A DNA stretch of 64,000 nt from Geosiphon pyriformis uo1 (Eukaryota > Fungi > Glomeromycota), in contig JAAOMT010000752.1 in assembly GCA_016748015.1 (NCBI GenBank), positions 194,976 through 258,975 of the forward strand, written 5' to 3'. A program made the position numbers and the translations under genes. Below the pieces are notes generated by a model. The model was given only the letters and a program-made list of their open reading frames with translations. It had not been told where the DNA came from and searched no databases. Below are positions 39,968 to 54,316 of this stretch, one piece after another; the first letter of the stretch is position 1, and each line of letters starts with the position of its first letter.

Positions 39968-40869
39968 AGTTATTAGGCTTGCTCAAAATAGAAGTCAATG
40001 ACTTTTGTTGTGGATTTAGTTGTTTTTTGAGTTTTAATGTCCAAAATGAGATAATTGAATGCCAAATGAAATAGGATATTTCAGTAAATAAAAATCAGCG
40101 GCTACAACTCTCCTATTTAACAGAAAATTATCCTTTGAAATCTTTCTCTTTAGTTTCCTGCAACTTTGGTTAACAATAAGGAAAAAAATTCGCCTACTCA
40201 CAGTTGTATTGTTAAGGATATTTGTGTGACAAAACAAGGAAAAGCCTGGTCAATAGCTTCATTTCCTATTTTGATTTCAGCTAAGCTTATTTCCCAAATA
40301 CCATTAGTAAAATATTTAATTATTAAGCCTATAAAAACAGTCCCAATTATTACAAAATTCACCCATGTGGGTTGAATCAAGTGGTAAAATTATCATTATG
40401 AAGCTAGATATCCAATTTCAATTAAAAATTTATTTTTCTCAAAATTATATAATACGTTCAAAGGAAGCATTTACACCTGTACATATGGCTCCAATTAGCG
40501 GTGAATCTAATATATGGATCTTTAATATCGTTTATTGGTGACTTATTTTTCAAAGAGAATCCATAATAAGGGTTTGTAGATGGGGCTTGAGAATATCAAA
40601 AATATTTTCCAATACTTGAGGCGTTTTGAAAACTCATCAAGAGTGATAAGGAAGATCTTTGTGCTCTATCAATTTCCATACAGTTCTTGTTATATTGGTA
40701 TTCCAAAATGCTTGATCTATGAATTTGAATTTGGCAAAATTGACCCCACGTTGTTTGTATCTGTGACTCTGTGGCTTAAAAATATTCAGATAGCTTATTA
40801 CCTTCATTGAAGACATTCCTAGATCAGAAGAAATTCTCAGCTTTTCGAATAGTCTTACTTCTATCAAAT

Positions 40870-42405
40870 TTATTTCTCAATAATCTTGAAAACTTCAAAC
40901 TCGTCAGCAACAAAATCACCAGGATCTATGATTTCATGCTCATAAGAGTATTTGCGGCAGGAACCAGTTTTACAATTCTCATAGATAACCAAATCACCCT
41001 TTCCGAAATTAGGACCATAGCTTTCCAAATCAAATATAGCCGAGCTTGACATATTAAACAATACTCGACTCAATTTCGGTTTGTCAACCGCAACCGTTGT
41101 CTGATTATTGGAATTGTTTGGTACTTCGTCAATCGCAAATATGAAGCTTTCCTTGGTATCAGCATAATCAGCTCGATTGCACCATCCAATCGGATTATAA
41201 CCGCCAATAATTTTGCTACTTCCTTGGATCTTTATAATAACAACGGTAGGTCCTTGGTTTGAACATGTATTACGAAAAGCTCTTGGGGTGAAATTATCTC
41301 GTGTACCTCGGTAGAGCAATCTGAATTGATACAGAGGCTTATGATAAGTCGATGGCTTTCCAGAGCCTCCTTCAATCCAGTAAGACAACAAAGTAATGTG
41401 TTTCGATTGAATTATGTAAGAATCAACACGTGGCAATCTTGGGGCTAAAATAAAACATTCCTTGGGAAGTTGTGGCTTGTAATGTGATCGTACAAGATCT
41501 TCGTACAGTTTATTTGGGAGCAAGAGTTTGAAAGGTCGAACATGATCATAGAAATCTGCTAGGGTTATTTCAAAAAATCTTATCAGTGGTATAAAATCTT
41601 CCAAAGTGTCGTGCAACTTCGAGAAATCATCTTCATTCCATTGACTGCTCATGTTCTCAAGGTCTTGTGTTTGGGCAACTGCCCAACGAACCACATGTTT
41701 CCAAAGATCAACCTCTTCCATTTCCAGATCATTTCGTCGAAGCAATGCTAGCAGAATGTCTTTTTCTACATGTATATATTCATCCGAATCGAAAAAGGAT
41801 TGTGGATCACAGCAAATTGCGTCAATGCAATGGTCTTGGAAAGTTTTACACGCCTGTAACCTAAACACTTCGTGCATCACTCGTACAAAGTTTTTCGAAA
41901 GCCATTGCGATTCATTATTAATGAGATGATGTTGTGCATACTCCACTAATTCTTCTAGGATTAATTCGTCCGCGGCCACTAAAAGAGCCAGAATATCATT
42001 CGGATCTCGGTCCTCTAGTTCAATATCTCCGCTATATATATACCTATTATGATTATTTCAGAACATAAAAAAATAATTAAAGAAACCCGGAATGAAAATC
42101 TCATGCAACCACATAGGCTAAAGATAATGGGAAATTGATTACTTTAAAATGATTTCAAAAACTACAGGCGAGATATTCGGTTTTCTAAACAAAAAAATTC
42201 CACTCTCCTTGATGGCCCAATCATTTTTTAGTGCTGTTCGAAAATAGGGTGACCGAGCGCGTAATAAATTTGTATGAGCTTTGAAAACTTTGATATGATC
42301 ATGTTGACCAACATGAATTTCGACATTATAATCTTCGGCGTCCGTAAACATTTTTGACAAGTCGCGAGATAGGTTTGTGAGAAATGCATGATGCATAAAT
42401 GTCAT
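40870..42405 (-). CDS. BTB-BACK-TLDc domain protein, 2 exons
   Basis: BTB: FKAHTNLLRARSPYFRTAL. BACK: LLRRNDLEMEEVDLWKHVVRW. TLDc: FRLLYRGTRDNF...GPTVVII...IIGGYNP...GPNFG...EFEVF. Confidence 0.95.
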
Positions 42406-43470
42406 TTTATTATAAGAGCAGTTAACAAAAAAAAGCACAATTACATAAAGCGGGTGAAATTTCTTGATTGGTTTTGTGTATAACGTTTCGCGTTATCAGT
42501 CAATCCCCTATTTATAGATTTCTTTGAATCATCAGCTTCATCAATGATGTTACATGAGAGAACGTAGATGGAAATGATTATAGGGGGCTGGGCGGATCTA
42601 ACTGGATTGGGTAACTCTGGAGCCGCGATTCTCCGAAGTTTATCTAATTTGCCGCTTAATTTTACAAATCTTTTCAATAGTGAATTTTTTATATGATACA
42701 TCCTAGAGATCTATAGAGGTTGCAATGTTTTTTTCACAGCAATAATAGGTCTGAAATCCATTGGACAAACTAAGTGCCTTGTTAAGGAAATAAAATTAGG
42801 AAACTCACTTTCAATAAAGCCTCTTGTTATATTGTAGACTTACGCAAGTAATTTTAGCTTTGTTCATGTGAATCAATGTTTTACAAGAGCCAAAATTTTC
42901 AGTAAAAAATAAATTTAAAGTTTGAGTGAGTTTTTTATCATGACTCAAAAACGATTTGGGTACGCATAAACTTCACATAAATATTTCAGATTTTATTTAA
43001 GATAAGTTCAAAAAAATTATTTTTTCCTAAAAATGATTATAATAAAAAGCTGAATGAAACAATGCTTTTAATAAGTTTTTTTCCCTTAAACTATCATGAA
43101 AATTAGCAATGATTCATTGATTAGAATGAATTAAAGTATATTTTAATGCTTCGATATTATAATTAACTTTGATATCATTTAACTCATTAAAATATTAACA
43201 AGGAAATCTTTGAAATCTCAGAATAAAATATTTTTTCCAACCTACATTCCCGATAGTTATTAGACCTCTAGGAAAATCCTTAGATGGCTAAACACTATTA
43301 TATTTGAAAGTGACATTTGCATTTCTTTATTATATTCGGAAGAGATAATGGAAAGGTCTCCTTTTCAAAAAATCCACATGCCTCAGCACTATTTAAGACA
43401 TATTCATTTCTTTCAAGTATTAAAAATTCAGAAGCTGGGCAAATTAATTTTTTTGTCAAGTGTATATAAA

Positions 43471-44848
43471 TTAATAAATTTGAGAATTGGTTAAAGCTGT
43501 TATACCACTACTAGATTCTTCAAGTCGATTTATATTTTTTTCTATATCTCTACCACCACTTTGCTGATGATCATAAATTTTATAGCTTGCTAAAGTGGCA
43601 GGTGGTGGAAATATAATCCCCTTTTCATTAAAATATTGAGGATCAGATATAGACTGGGTATCTCGAAGCTGCATTTCTAGATCTTCACTTCCTTTTTCAA
43701 TTGGACCTCGACGGCCTTCTTGATCTTGATTACCTGTAGATACAGGTTCTTGGTGAACTTGCATTTCTTCCATTAATTTTTTGCGCCAAATTCCCCGCCC
43801 AATAGAATCACGTAATGAATGAATTCCTTTCTGTATAAAGTATGCTAAAAGTGCCACACCTAATACTGCGAAATAATACCAAAATATTATTGACCCCTGT
43901 TCCCAATTTAGGAAATAATATGGGAATACTCTGTTGCTGTTGAGTTGCAAAATTTTCAAGAGAATTCATTAATGTGTATAATAATAAGAAGAGATATATC
44001 AAAAGTCATTTATCAAATGCGTTACATTGCATAATTAATCCTCGCCAAAAGCAAATAAAGGACCAACTCAATAATGATGATGATCCAATGAGTATTTACA
44101 AATGGCATGCGATTGAAGAAAACCTCGGTCATCACCATGATAAGGTCAAAACCGTGTGTTGAAACATTTCGCCATATTTTAATAGGATCTCTCTGAATAT
44201 CGTAGGTTGATGCTTTTCCTGGTACCAATATACTCCAAAAAACAATTGGAACTAGAATACTGAAAAACGAAAATTCAAAAAATGAGAAAGAAATAAGTTC
44301 GAAATTTTCAAGCAGAATTTCGAAATATTTGTATTTTCATGAATATTTTACTGATTCACCAGGATCGTATCATACAAAAACCAGAATGCGATCGTGAACG
44401 CTCGTGGTTGATTTTTGAGCGTTTTTGGCTGCTTATTGATTACAAAACTCAACGAATGAACAAATGCTGTCTGAAAGGTAGAGATTTGCAAAAAGCATAG
44501 TCGTGAGTCTAACGAAAAAGGGTGAAAATTTACAACGGAAAAGTTTTTTGAGTGACAAAAAATGGTTATCATTATTCATACCCCAAAATAACCTGTCAGT
44601 CCAATAAAAGCAAGGTTTGTAAAATAGGTCAAGAACATATGCAGCTCCTTATTCCTTGCATCGATATATATTGAGCCAATCAGTACGATTAAGCAGTAAA
44701 TGAAAAATATGCCACGAATAAATAAGAGCAATTCTGGTCTTCTGGTAAACCATGATGTTACTACTCGTTCAGGGTGTGTTAATATCTTGTTAAATTTAAA
44801 GAATCCCACTACTTTCTTCATAATGAAATTATATTTCGATCTATCCAT
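43471..44848 (-). CDS. FAR-17a/AIG1-like (rolling-stone-like) multi-pass membrane protein, 4 exons
   Basis: VTSW, LTYFTNLAFIGLTGYF, FWFLYDTI, IVFWSIL, NVSTHG and VFPYYFLNW. The Thr and His sit at the conserved AIG1-family positions. Confidence 0.75.
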
Positions 44849-46578
44849 GCAACGAAAGGGATAATTCTCTTTGTGAAAAAATTTACAAATACCACTAAAA
44901 TTTCACAAGCTATTCCTCCTGGATCTTATAATTATAAGCAGAAAAGACACACGTTTGATGTCTGATTTGATTGCTTTGCTTTAATATGCGCAGAGCACTG
45001 ATGTGGAAAGATATCGTATTCGAATCAATCGTTATTCCGTTAGGGTAAAAACATTTATCAAGTTGAAATTAAAGATGGAAAATTTCTCAAATAATCCCAT
45101 CCACATGTGGCTATATTAATTTGTAATAAAATATTCAGCCTAACTTTCAAATATAGAAGTATTTTGAAATTTCTTTGACTGTGTGGGGATGATAGAAATT
45201 TCGAGGAAATCAATACAAAAAAGGGAATGTTTAGAGTCAGGAATATACAACTAATGAAAAATGATATTAGGTAGCTAAAAGTTATGTGTATACCTCAGAA
45301 ATTGATTCTAGAACCACAAACACTGAAAATGCTTTCATTTTTGCTATTCAAAAGTAGAGTACAGTGTGAGTGTAAATTAAAATAATTTAATATTAAGCAA
45401 CATACAAAAACAAAAGCTCAAACTTTATCAATTTAGCGAATAAATTTTGGCCATAGCTGTATTTTGTTTAAATGACTAAAAAGGAAAAGACCTTAATAAA
45501 GTTTAAATTTAATTCTTTTGAAAAACTTAAACTGATGAATAAATACACTTTGTGAGTTCATAAGTTTTTTCTTTTACTTTTTTTACCCATAAAAAAATTC
45601 TCCCTAGAAACAAATGCGAGTGTTTGGAAATAATGCTTTATATTTTGCAGATTTAGAAAAGATTAAATCAACCCTCAAAAAATTCGTTTATCATCTAAGT
45701 CCTAAAATTTTGCAGCATCATAAATTTTGAGCCAGCTGCAAATAATTCTGGGAAAAAACATTTGAAATTTCAAGAAATATAATATTGAGGTCAATAGGTC
45801 AAAACCTTATCACACAATTCCCTGAAATTGTTGAGTAACTACTTTAACGATATTAATCTCAAACAATGAAAGCTTTGTCGCTTTTCTATGTTCCAAATTT
45901 AGATCTGAAAACCATCCTAGCTGATATTTCTCAATAGGAATTCCAAACGATGAACATCAAATTGCAAATTTTATCAATCCTCGATTCTATATGAAATTAA
46001 AATTTCTTTTTCCTAAAAAAAGATATTTATCTTCCTTTCAAACCAAAAATTCTAAAGCCTATAGGTAATCTTTTACAAGCTCTTTTTAGGAAATATTAAC
46101 AAACCAAATAAAATAAATTTTAAATCCTTCACTTTACGGAGAAGATGAGATTTTTTATTGGTCACATGAGATATTTACGCACGAAAAATCTACGTGAGCA
46201 GCACAAGAATCTCCACTTCCCCCCCCTGCGAAAAGCAGCAGAACTTTACATGAAATTTCAGCGGATACTTAACCGAGACTTTTTGCAATTGTTTTACGAA
46301 AGGAATCCGTGTTTCCGAGTCTCTAATTTCCGTCGGGTTTCCCTATATCTTCCGAGATTTCTCATATAATTGAAAAATGAAAATAATTTACTGATTCTTC
46401 CAAAAAAATGCAATTATTTTGTGACTATATAAAAGTGGGAATATATAGGTATGCGAGTTACCTTATTTCCAAAACAAAGAAATTTCTAAATACATTTGAA
46501 AATGCTATTTGTGATTGGCCATCGAGAAATTCGTGAATTGATTTCAAGAAAATTCAAGGGTCAAGGATGTAAGTGTGT

Positions 46579-48000
46579 CTAAATATCCAGGTTTAAGATA
46601 GACGAGCTTGGTTCCAAGAGTTCCAAAATTTCAGTGAAAACTTCGTGAAACGTAGGATAATTAACGGAATTAGCTGTTATATTTTTGAACCCTTCAGTTG
46701 TCCTTACTTCGCGGAAATGCTTGACCAAAAATTTCAAAATATGATCCTTCAACTCCGGATAAGTCCAATCTGTACCGAACAACGTCTCAGCCGCGTTAGA
46801 TATGCTAAGCTCATCAAAGATTCGTGTTTTTGCCCGTTGCCTAAGATCTTCAATAAGATATTTGTCGGCTACTCGAAACATTTCAAAAGAACTTGTATGT
46901 GATTCCGGTAAATTGTTAAAAGTAACCTTGTTGGTGTATAAGAATTTTAACATTTCTAGGAATGTCGTATGATGAAAATCTGTTACATCAATCCTAAATC
47001 GATGATGGTTAATGACTTGAGGAACTTTCTCCAAAGAGGAGTCAGCTGTATTAGACAGTTGATGCATTTCCATACTCATAGTAGGGGTAAAATCTTCATG
47101 CGTTGCCGTGCGTTCAAATTGTATGAGTGGGGATGGTGTTTCACTAGTTTGCGAATCTGGTTTAGAGAGAGCTAAAGTGGTTTCAGACCACTTGCCACCA
47201 AACATTCGCTGAAAATATTCAGACCTTTTGGCTAATATTTGACTGTTTGCATATATAGTCTGCCCATCGACATTGAATTCAACATCGACAATTTGTGGTT
47301 CTGTTAGCTGTGACTGCCAAGCCTCTAGTAAATCCTTGGGTACAGGTTCACCAGGTAAAGTTGCAATATGGCGTGCTAACCCAATTTCAGCTTTGTCAAA
47401 TTCAACCCCAAGTATTACTGATTCATGTGCTAATGCTGATTTCTTGCAAAATTTGCGACGTCCTTTGCGTACAAAAATATGAAAAATAGTGAGGATAGTT
47501 GATAATTTTTTTTTTGAAGAGACTGCCTAATTCAGCATAGTACCCCACGTATGTTCCTTTGCCGAATAATTATTCATGGTCATTGCATACTTGTCAATTT
47601 CGACATGTGATATGGGATTCTTAAGAAATAATCTGGCCGAAAGTAATGAGCGTTTTGCCCATGCCGCTGTTGTATTATCGGCTTCTTGTGGACTTGGAAT
47701 AGCCCCGAGAAAAACTGAGCAGTATTCATCATTGCCCTCTACAAATTTCTAAAATCCAATTTTGATTGGGAATTTTTTCACTTGTTTTATTTCAAGCATT
47801 GATCCGTGGAAAAAAACCGATGCACACAATTGTTTTCAATCAACAAACAAATATGGTAATCGTACCGGGTCAAAACGAAGTTGCCAAAACATGTGATTAG
47901 CAGTGGCAAATGGTGGCGTATAAAGTGGTTTTAATAGCTTAGAGGGGTTGAGTATGGTGAACTCGAAGACGCTTTTGCTTGTGAAAGCGACGTTGCTCAT
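46579..48000 (-). CDS. MATH-BTB (SPOP-like) protein, 3 exons
   Basis: MATH-like part: FEFTI...YTPPF...FWQL...YCSVFL...TWG..KF. BTB: DVEFNVDGQTIYANSQILAKRSEYFQRMF...FLEMLKFLYT...ADKYLIEDL. Confidence 0.88.
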
Positions 48001-48899
48001 TTTGTTAAAGAAATTGGTCGAAGATTAAAATGTAAGAAGGGTCGTTATTTATCCTAGTTTTTTATCATATCATAAAAAGGGTATACATGACCAAACGGAT
48101 CATCATTTATCATTGTGTAATAAACTGTTATGGCAAGAATCAACACCGAGTATTATACATGTACAAGAATAATGTGCTTGATTAGTGTTTTGATTAGTAT
48201 GTATTACCAAGTGCGGAATAATACATTGTGCCTTCTTCTTCCCTCCCCAATTTGCAACTAAAATGAATAGAAATTTTCGAAAGGGTTTTCTTGTTATCAA
48301 TGTCACTTCGCAGTCTTGTTTTGATTATTTTGCATATTGTAATTTTGAAGAAATTTATTAGGCGATTAACAGCGAATTGTCATTTTAGGATATTTTAATA
48401 TTTTGAAAATGGGTTGAGCTTTCAATATAAAAAAATTCGAGACTGACTCCCAGTCAATGTTGAAAAAGAAAAACGGTTCACAAAAATTTCAGAATAATTT
48501 CTTAATCAATTTCTCATATACTGCGTCTTGTGATGAATATTTAGCTTCTACTCTTAAATAAATTCTTTTTGCAAAATTATAAGAAATAAAACCAAGTGTT
48601 CAATATAAGTCTCTTCCCTTCAATGAACAAAATAGCATGAATAATCACCACTCCAACCAAGGGTTGCTTCAAACTATGTGTGTAGAAAAGAAAAAGAAAT
48701 AATATGCGGTATTCGTCTTTTACGATAACACAATTTCGATAAGTATATAAAATAAAAAATTCTAGAAAGAATTTATCGTAAGGTTCTGAAATCGTGCACC
48801 TTACAGGCAACAAAGAAATGGGAATATCCATCTTTGATTTTGTAAAAATGATTTCAGGCTTATCAAGTTGGAAATACTTTTAATCCAGACAACCATTGT

Positions 48900-49862
48900 T
48901 CAGCTAATAATAAACCGAAGATTTTCTCCCTGTCTCGCAACAGCAGCTTCAATGAGTTTGCGATATTTCTTCTTCAAGTTGTGAACCTCAAGGGTTTCTA
49001 AATTTGTCTGAGAATCAATGAGTTGGATAGCTTTGACGCCAATATCACGGGAATCTTCAAAATTATCCTCATTTTCATCTCCTTTCTTTGAATCGTCATC
49101 GTCATCACTTTCATCATCTTCCGAATTATAATCAACCTCATACTCGAAATAAATTTTCAAAACTTGAATCTCGATACATGTATTGGTCATTAAATCCAAT
49201 AAATCGAGAACGTTATCCCATTCAACAGAATCAAACAGCTCGCTGCTTCGAAGTACAGTGAATTCTTTGGTTGGGGCCAATGTATCTAAAGCACCGGGAA
49301 ACCTCGCCAAGGCCGGAATGTTTCCTTGGGTTTCCTCCTCTTTAAATAAGTTCAAGCTTTGAAATCCTAAAGAGCTCATCATAAAGAGTTTGGAAAGTTC
49401 AATAATGAGTAGATTTAGTAAATTTTGTTCACCGAGTTGACTAATATCATCATCGTCGTCCTCATCTTCATCAGGAAGAGGAGTTTCTGAATTAAGAAGC
49501 CAAGAATGTGTGACTTCGGAAAGCACATGAAAATTATAATGTTTGAAGAAAGTTGCATATTCAAAATATGGATGTTCCCCGCTGGGCAAAAGTATTCCTG
49601 ATTCCAAGATTGTAGCATAAGAATCCTCATCAAGCAACAAAAGATAGGTTTCAAGAATTTGACTGCCAGTTTTGATTCTAGATTTCATGTTTTCTTCTGA
49701 CAAGTATTGGAAAGGATTATTCCAAAGCACGGGGACTGCTTGTTCTGCCCACTTTTTCGATACTCGAACGCAAACGGACAATGAATGAGAATCATCATTT
49801 AAATATTGAAATATTTCTGAAAGGATTTCCGGGGAGAGCCGTGTAGATTTTGGATCAGTCAT
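48900..49862 (-). CDS. F-box protein with acidic insertions, intronless
   Basis: LSPEILSEIFQYL...LSVCVRVSKKWAEQAVPVLWNNPF and PYFEYATF. Confidence 0.9.
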   Translation of the reverse strand: MTDPKSTRLSPEILSEIFQYLNDDSHSLSVCVRVSKKWAEQAVPVLWNNPFQYLSEENMKSRIKTGSQILETYLLLLDEDSYATILESGILLPSGEHPYFEYATFFKHYNFHVLSEVTHSWLLNSETPLPDEDEDDDDDISQLGEQNLLNLLIIELSKLFMMSSLGFQSLNLFKEEETQGNIPALARFPGALDTLAPTKEFTVLRSSELFDSVEWDNVLDLLDLMTNTCIEIQVLKIYFEYEVDYNSEDDESDDDDDSKKGDENEDNFEDSRDIGVKAIQLIDSQTNLETLEVHNLKKKYRKLIEAAVARQGENLRFIIS

Positions 49863-52253
49863 TTTGAAATTTCGTAAGAAAATAGTACCGAAATACTGTG
49901 AATATTAAGACGATAAAAAATGGAAAAATGTCAAACTGGGTTTGTCAACTTAATAAATATTGACTTTCCCTTTTGTGAATCCTGTTCAACCCGAGACCTG
50001 TAAAGAAATCAATACAGCAGCAAAGCACAACAGCAGAGAATAGTAGATCTTAATTAATTTGAGCATTGCTTATATTTTCTAATTTAGTCCATATTGGCAT
50101 TATCTTGGTTTACGTTTACCGTGTATGAAATGCAGCGCTTTGCATTAATGCAATGCTGTGTTGGCACACATAATAATTGTTTCTTTTTTAAACAGTTTTT
50201 TCTCGAACCATTTTCCATTGCAGGATTGAGTGATTTTACCTCTTAACCTTCCGAGGAAATTCGAAGTTTTGAAGGAATATATTAGATAGGTTTTGAGACC
50301 TCAATTTAAATTCTTGACAAGCACCATTCTAATATTTGGCTCAGCGCTTCACATTTAAATTTTCCCTCCTTGTTTACATAATATTTTGAAAAGAAATCTA
50401 TCTTCTATTTGAAACACATTCAGCACTAACATTATCAAAATGCATAATTTTTATGAAATTTACAAATAATTGTTACTAACAATTAATTCTGGGGCCATAG
50501 AACGATAAGATTTTTTTACTCAAAATCTTCATTGCAAAAAACTTTCAAAAAAAATCTACAAGGCAAAAATATTCGTTTAATGATGGTTAGCAAATTAATC
50601 GAGCTATTTTCACAAATTGTAGCCATCTTTCCTTGAAAATCAGACCTCATTGAATACATGGCTTAATAGAAAATTTCAATTGCTGGTTACAAAAATCAAA
50701 AAACAGTTAAGTCTCGTTTTTACAAAAATGGGCTGTATTCTTAATTTTTCAATAGAAACTATAAATTCTACATTATGCATTTTTGTTTTTTGATTCATAA
50801 TTTTTTTGAATATAAATTTGATATATATTTCAATATTTAATTTATTTAATCAATTTGGAAAAGTATTGGATAACCATTTTCGACAATCTATAATTTTTAT
50901 TTTTTGCTTAAGAAAAGTTTTATATTATTAGCGAAAAAGACATAGAATCATTATAGAAATTTGCCTTATGAAAGAAAAAATAGTTTGTAAAAAAAAAATT
51001 GAATATTTCATTTGTTCAAATTTTGAGCATTAAGATTCTTAAAGTTTCACAATTTGGGCTTTTTAACCATTTCAATAAAAATAAAATTGCAAAGTCAAAT
51101 TTTTTTTTAAATAGATTGCAATATTGAAGAACTTTTACTTTACAGCTTTGTTGATACATATTTCATTTCTAAGCAGTTTGTAACTTATTATATATTAGCT
51201 TTTGTTTTACCATTTTTGCGAATCATAACGACCAAAAGATTTATATTGAAATATTTAGCTAGAGTTTTCTTATTATTACTGTTATTATTTTTTAAATTTA
51301 ATCTTTTTCATATTTTATTATATATACCAAAACAAAAGTTTTCATTAAAACTATTTTATTTTCATGGAAAATCAAGATTCATATTTAAATTGTATAGAGC
51401 ACAAGTTTTTCCAATAGGAAACCTCAATAATCTAATAATATTTAATTTAAAAAGTATCAGTGTTTCACTTCATATATCTACAAAAACCCCTCGAATATTT
51501 TATTGAAAAATGTTTTTCTGAAATTCTAGTTTATTAATAATATTTTTCAAAATTTATTACTTCAGCTTCTTTGAATATGATTTTACTTGGGCAATTTAGC
51601 AATCTAACACAAACTTTGGATTATCAAATTATTTGAAATTGAAATATGCAATCTTTTCGCAACATAAAGCAATGTAAGATTAGTAAGAATAAAAGTAATA
51701 AACTACTATAATAGTAAGAATTCTTGCTCCGAATATTTAAAAACCTTCTTTTTATTTTTTGAATAATGAGGAAAAACTATTACTACGCTTTAGATTTGCT
51801 AATCAAGCCTATAGTTACAAAGTGCTAAATGTGCACTAAAAAAAAATTAAAATTTGTGGATTTGGATGGGATGAAATTTTTTATAGAATTTTATGTGTCA
51901 GAAAATTGTAATGCATTTCTAGAATTTTCATTGAATACATCTATTATAAACATAACTCTGACATTTAGTAATGTCCTATTTATTATGTTTCTGAGCAATG
52001 TAAAATTGGAGAGGTCTCTTTATAATGTTTTTAGACCCCCCTCAGACAGTATTGACTTGTTAACTTGAATACAGTGCGGCACAAGTTGCCACCATGAGAA
52101 TACTTGGAATTTAAAATCTGAATGCCGGTCATTTTCCATCTGATTTCTCCCTGCATCAAAGATTTCATAATTTGTTCCATACACATTCGTGATTTTCATC
52201 TCATGAGTCTAAAACAGCACAGGGCACCATTCTAAATTGTTCAATAAAAAGCT

Positions 52254-53824
52254 AACGGAAAAATTTGATTTTGATTTAACATTAAAAGTTCGTTTGGTAA
52301 AATTTAATGGCACTTTACTCCCGTTGGCATTTCAGCTTTATTGTGTCTCAGTTAGTTTCTACCAAACTTACCCCCAATCATACGAAGTATTTCATTTATT
52401 AATGGGAAAATTCAATTCCGCTGACAAGAAACGCAGAGAAAAGCGAAAAATAAAAAAACCTCAGACCCTTCAACCATTAAAACTCATTGATGGGAGACTA
52501 TTCAATAATGTCGATAATTCAGTGTATTATTTGCCCTCTGACGATGAGGAAAGTGATAGGCAACAATTACAACACTTCTTATTTTGGTTTCTTTGGCAAG
52601 GGCTTTTTGGTCCACCTATCGAAAGAGAGTTAAAACAGGGTATTCGTGTTTTAGATGTTGGGTATATGAACCCTTATGTTATCTAATTTTAAAAGCCAAG
52701 ATTTAAAATATTCAATATGATTATATAAATTTGTAACCAGGTGCGGGCCTAGTGGATGGGTACTTGAGATGGCAACCACCTATACGGAAAGTGAATTCAT
52801 TGGAATCGATTATATTCACATTTTTCCGTCAGAAATAAAACCATCCAATACATTCTTTATACAAAGTAATGTACTTAATGGCTTGCCTTTTGAAGGTAAA
52901 TAATTAAAATTATTTCATTGAATGAAGAAAAATTATTTCAATTTAAATAATATATCGTTTTCTATTTTCTTAATTTCTTAGATTCTTGATTATATTCGTG
53001 CTGCTCAGATGAATTCAAGTTTTACTCTAGAACAATGGGAAACAATTGTTATACCTGAACTAATCCGCGTCACCAAATTGGGGGATGGATTGAAATTGAG
53101 CAACCGGAAATAATATTGATGAATCCCCCACCCGACTTGGCTAATATTTTGGAAAAATTTTGGTTTTTTTTTTGAAAAACATCTCCACTTTCTATATAGA
53201 ATTTATAAGTTTTTTTCTAAAATAGCACTCTATAAGCATCTGGAAACACTTGGTATTGATTCCAATTTCGCCTCGGAAAAATGCGAAAATCTCTTAAGAG
53301 CAACCAAGAAACTAACTGAAATAACACACAAAATAACAAAACTCTCTCATAACGATCGCGTAGGTCGAGCTGGGGAAATTAGTAAAGACAATGCAATCTT
53401 GTATTATCGAACAATAGCACCAATTGTTATGTAACTAACTAACCTAACAGCTAAAGATTATGAAAATTTATTGCAATCTGCCGCGGATGAAGGATTTGAC
53501 AAGCATGAAACCTTCCATTATATTCATAGAATTTTTGGGAAAAAGGATTTTTAGAGGATAAGAAAGAAGCTTAATATGAGGCCTGTATAGGTTTTTTCTT
53601 TTTTTTTTAGAGAATTATATTCGACCCTAAGAATCTTTAACTTTATTATCTCAAAATTTTATCGTTCCTTGTTTGAAACCACTTGTACCAATTTCCAGCA
53701 CTAGAAAAATATAATCGATAAGTTATTTTATGAAATGATTGTCTTTATTCAAGATATTACATTAAGCTCGATCATCAATATGAATTTATTAATTGAAACA
53801 TCCTTTTGATAAAAATCATCATAA
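52254..53824. repeat. Inverted duplication of about 1.55 kb; partner at about 33860-35411
   Basis: Reverse-complement similarity covers the promoter, CDS, introns and 3' flank. Confidence 0.92.
52402..53574 (+). pseudogene. SAM-dependent methyltransferase, copy B (inverted duplicate of 34081-35254), disrupted
   Basis: Near-identical to copy A including introns. It shares the intron-2 frameshift and the ATG-TAA stop, and has its own 1-nt deletion near 53075. Confidence 0.88.
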
Positions 53825-54316
53825 GGAGTCTGAAAAAAAGGTTATTTAAAATACACATGCAAAATTAAGAGATACAATAATTCTAATTTTTGTTTGTTTT
53901 ATTTTAATAAAATAAAAACGATAAGAGAAAAATTAGAAAATATTGGATGAGTATTATGGTAAACCAAAATTTTCCTTCCGATTTTAAGCAAGAATTTTAT
54001 TTTTTAAAAAAATCAATTTTGAAAGTATTTGAACAAATAGCATTTTCAAAAGTATTCCTTATTCTGCTATCCTAGCAAAATTTTTCAAACTTATGGGATT
54101 TTTAGTGGAAATAAAAACTCAAAATAATTAATAATTCTCAAGTAAATACAAATTTAAAACCTCAATAAGAAAGTTAACCAAATCAGTTTTGAAATAATCA
54201 TGTTGAAAAATTTCATTTGAAAATCCAAAATTTTTCTCATGAGTCAATACTTGGAAAATTTCTAAAATGCTTTAAAAATATTCTTTTACAGCATATTTAA
54301 TAAATAGGATCAAGAA

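Noticed and set aside
40034-40867. Several overlapping 60-80 aa ORFs
   Set aside because: Intergenic or UTR sequence with no motifs.
41651-41929. Plus-strand ORFs inside the BTB-BACK-TLDc gene (similarly 46645-47489 and 60056-60409)
   Set aside because: Antisense shadows of real genes.
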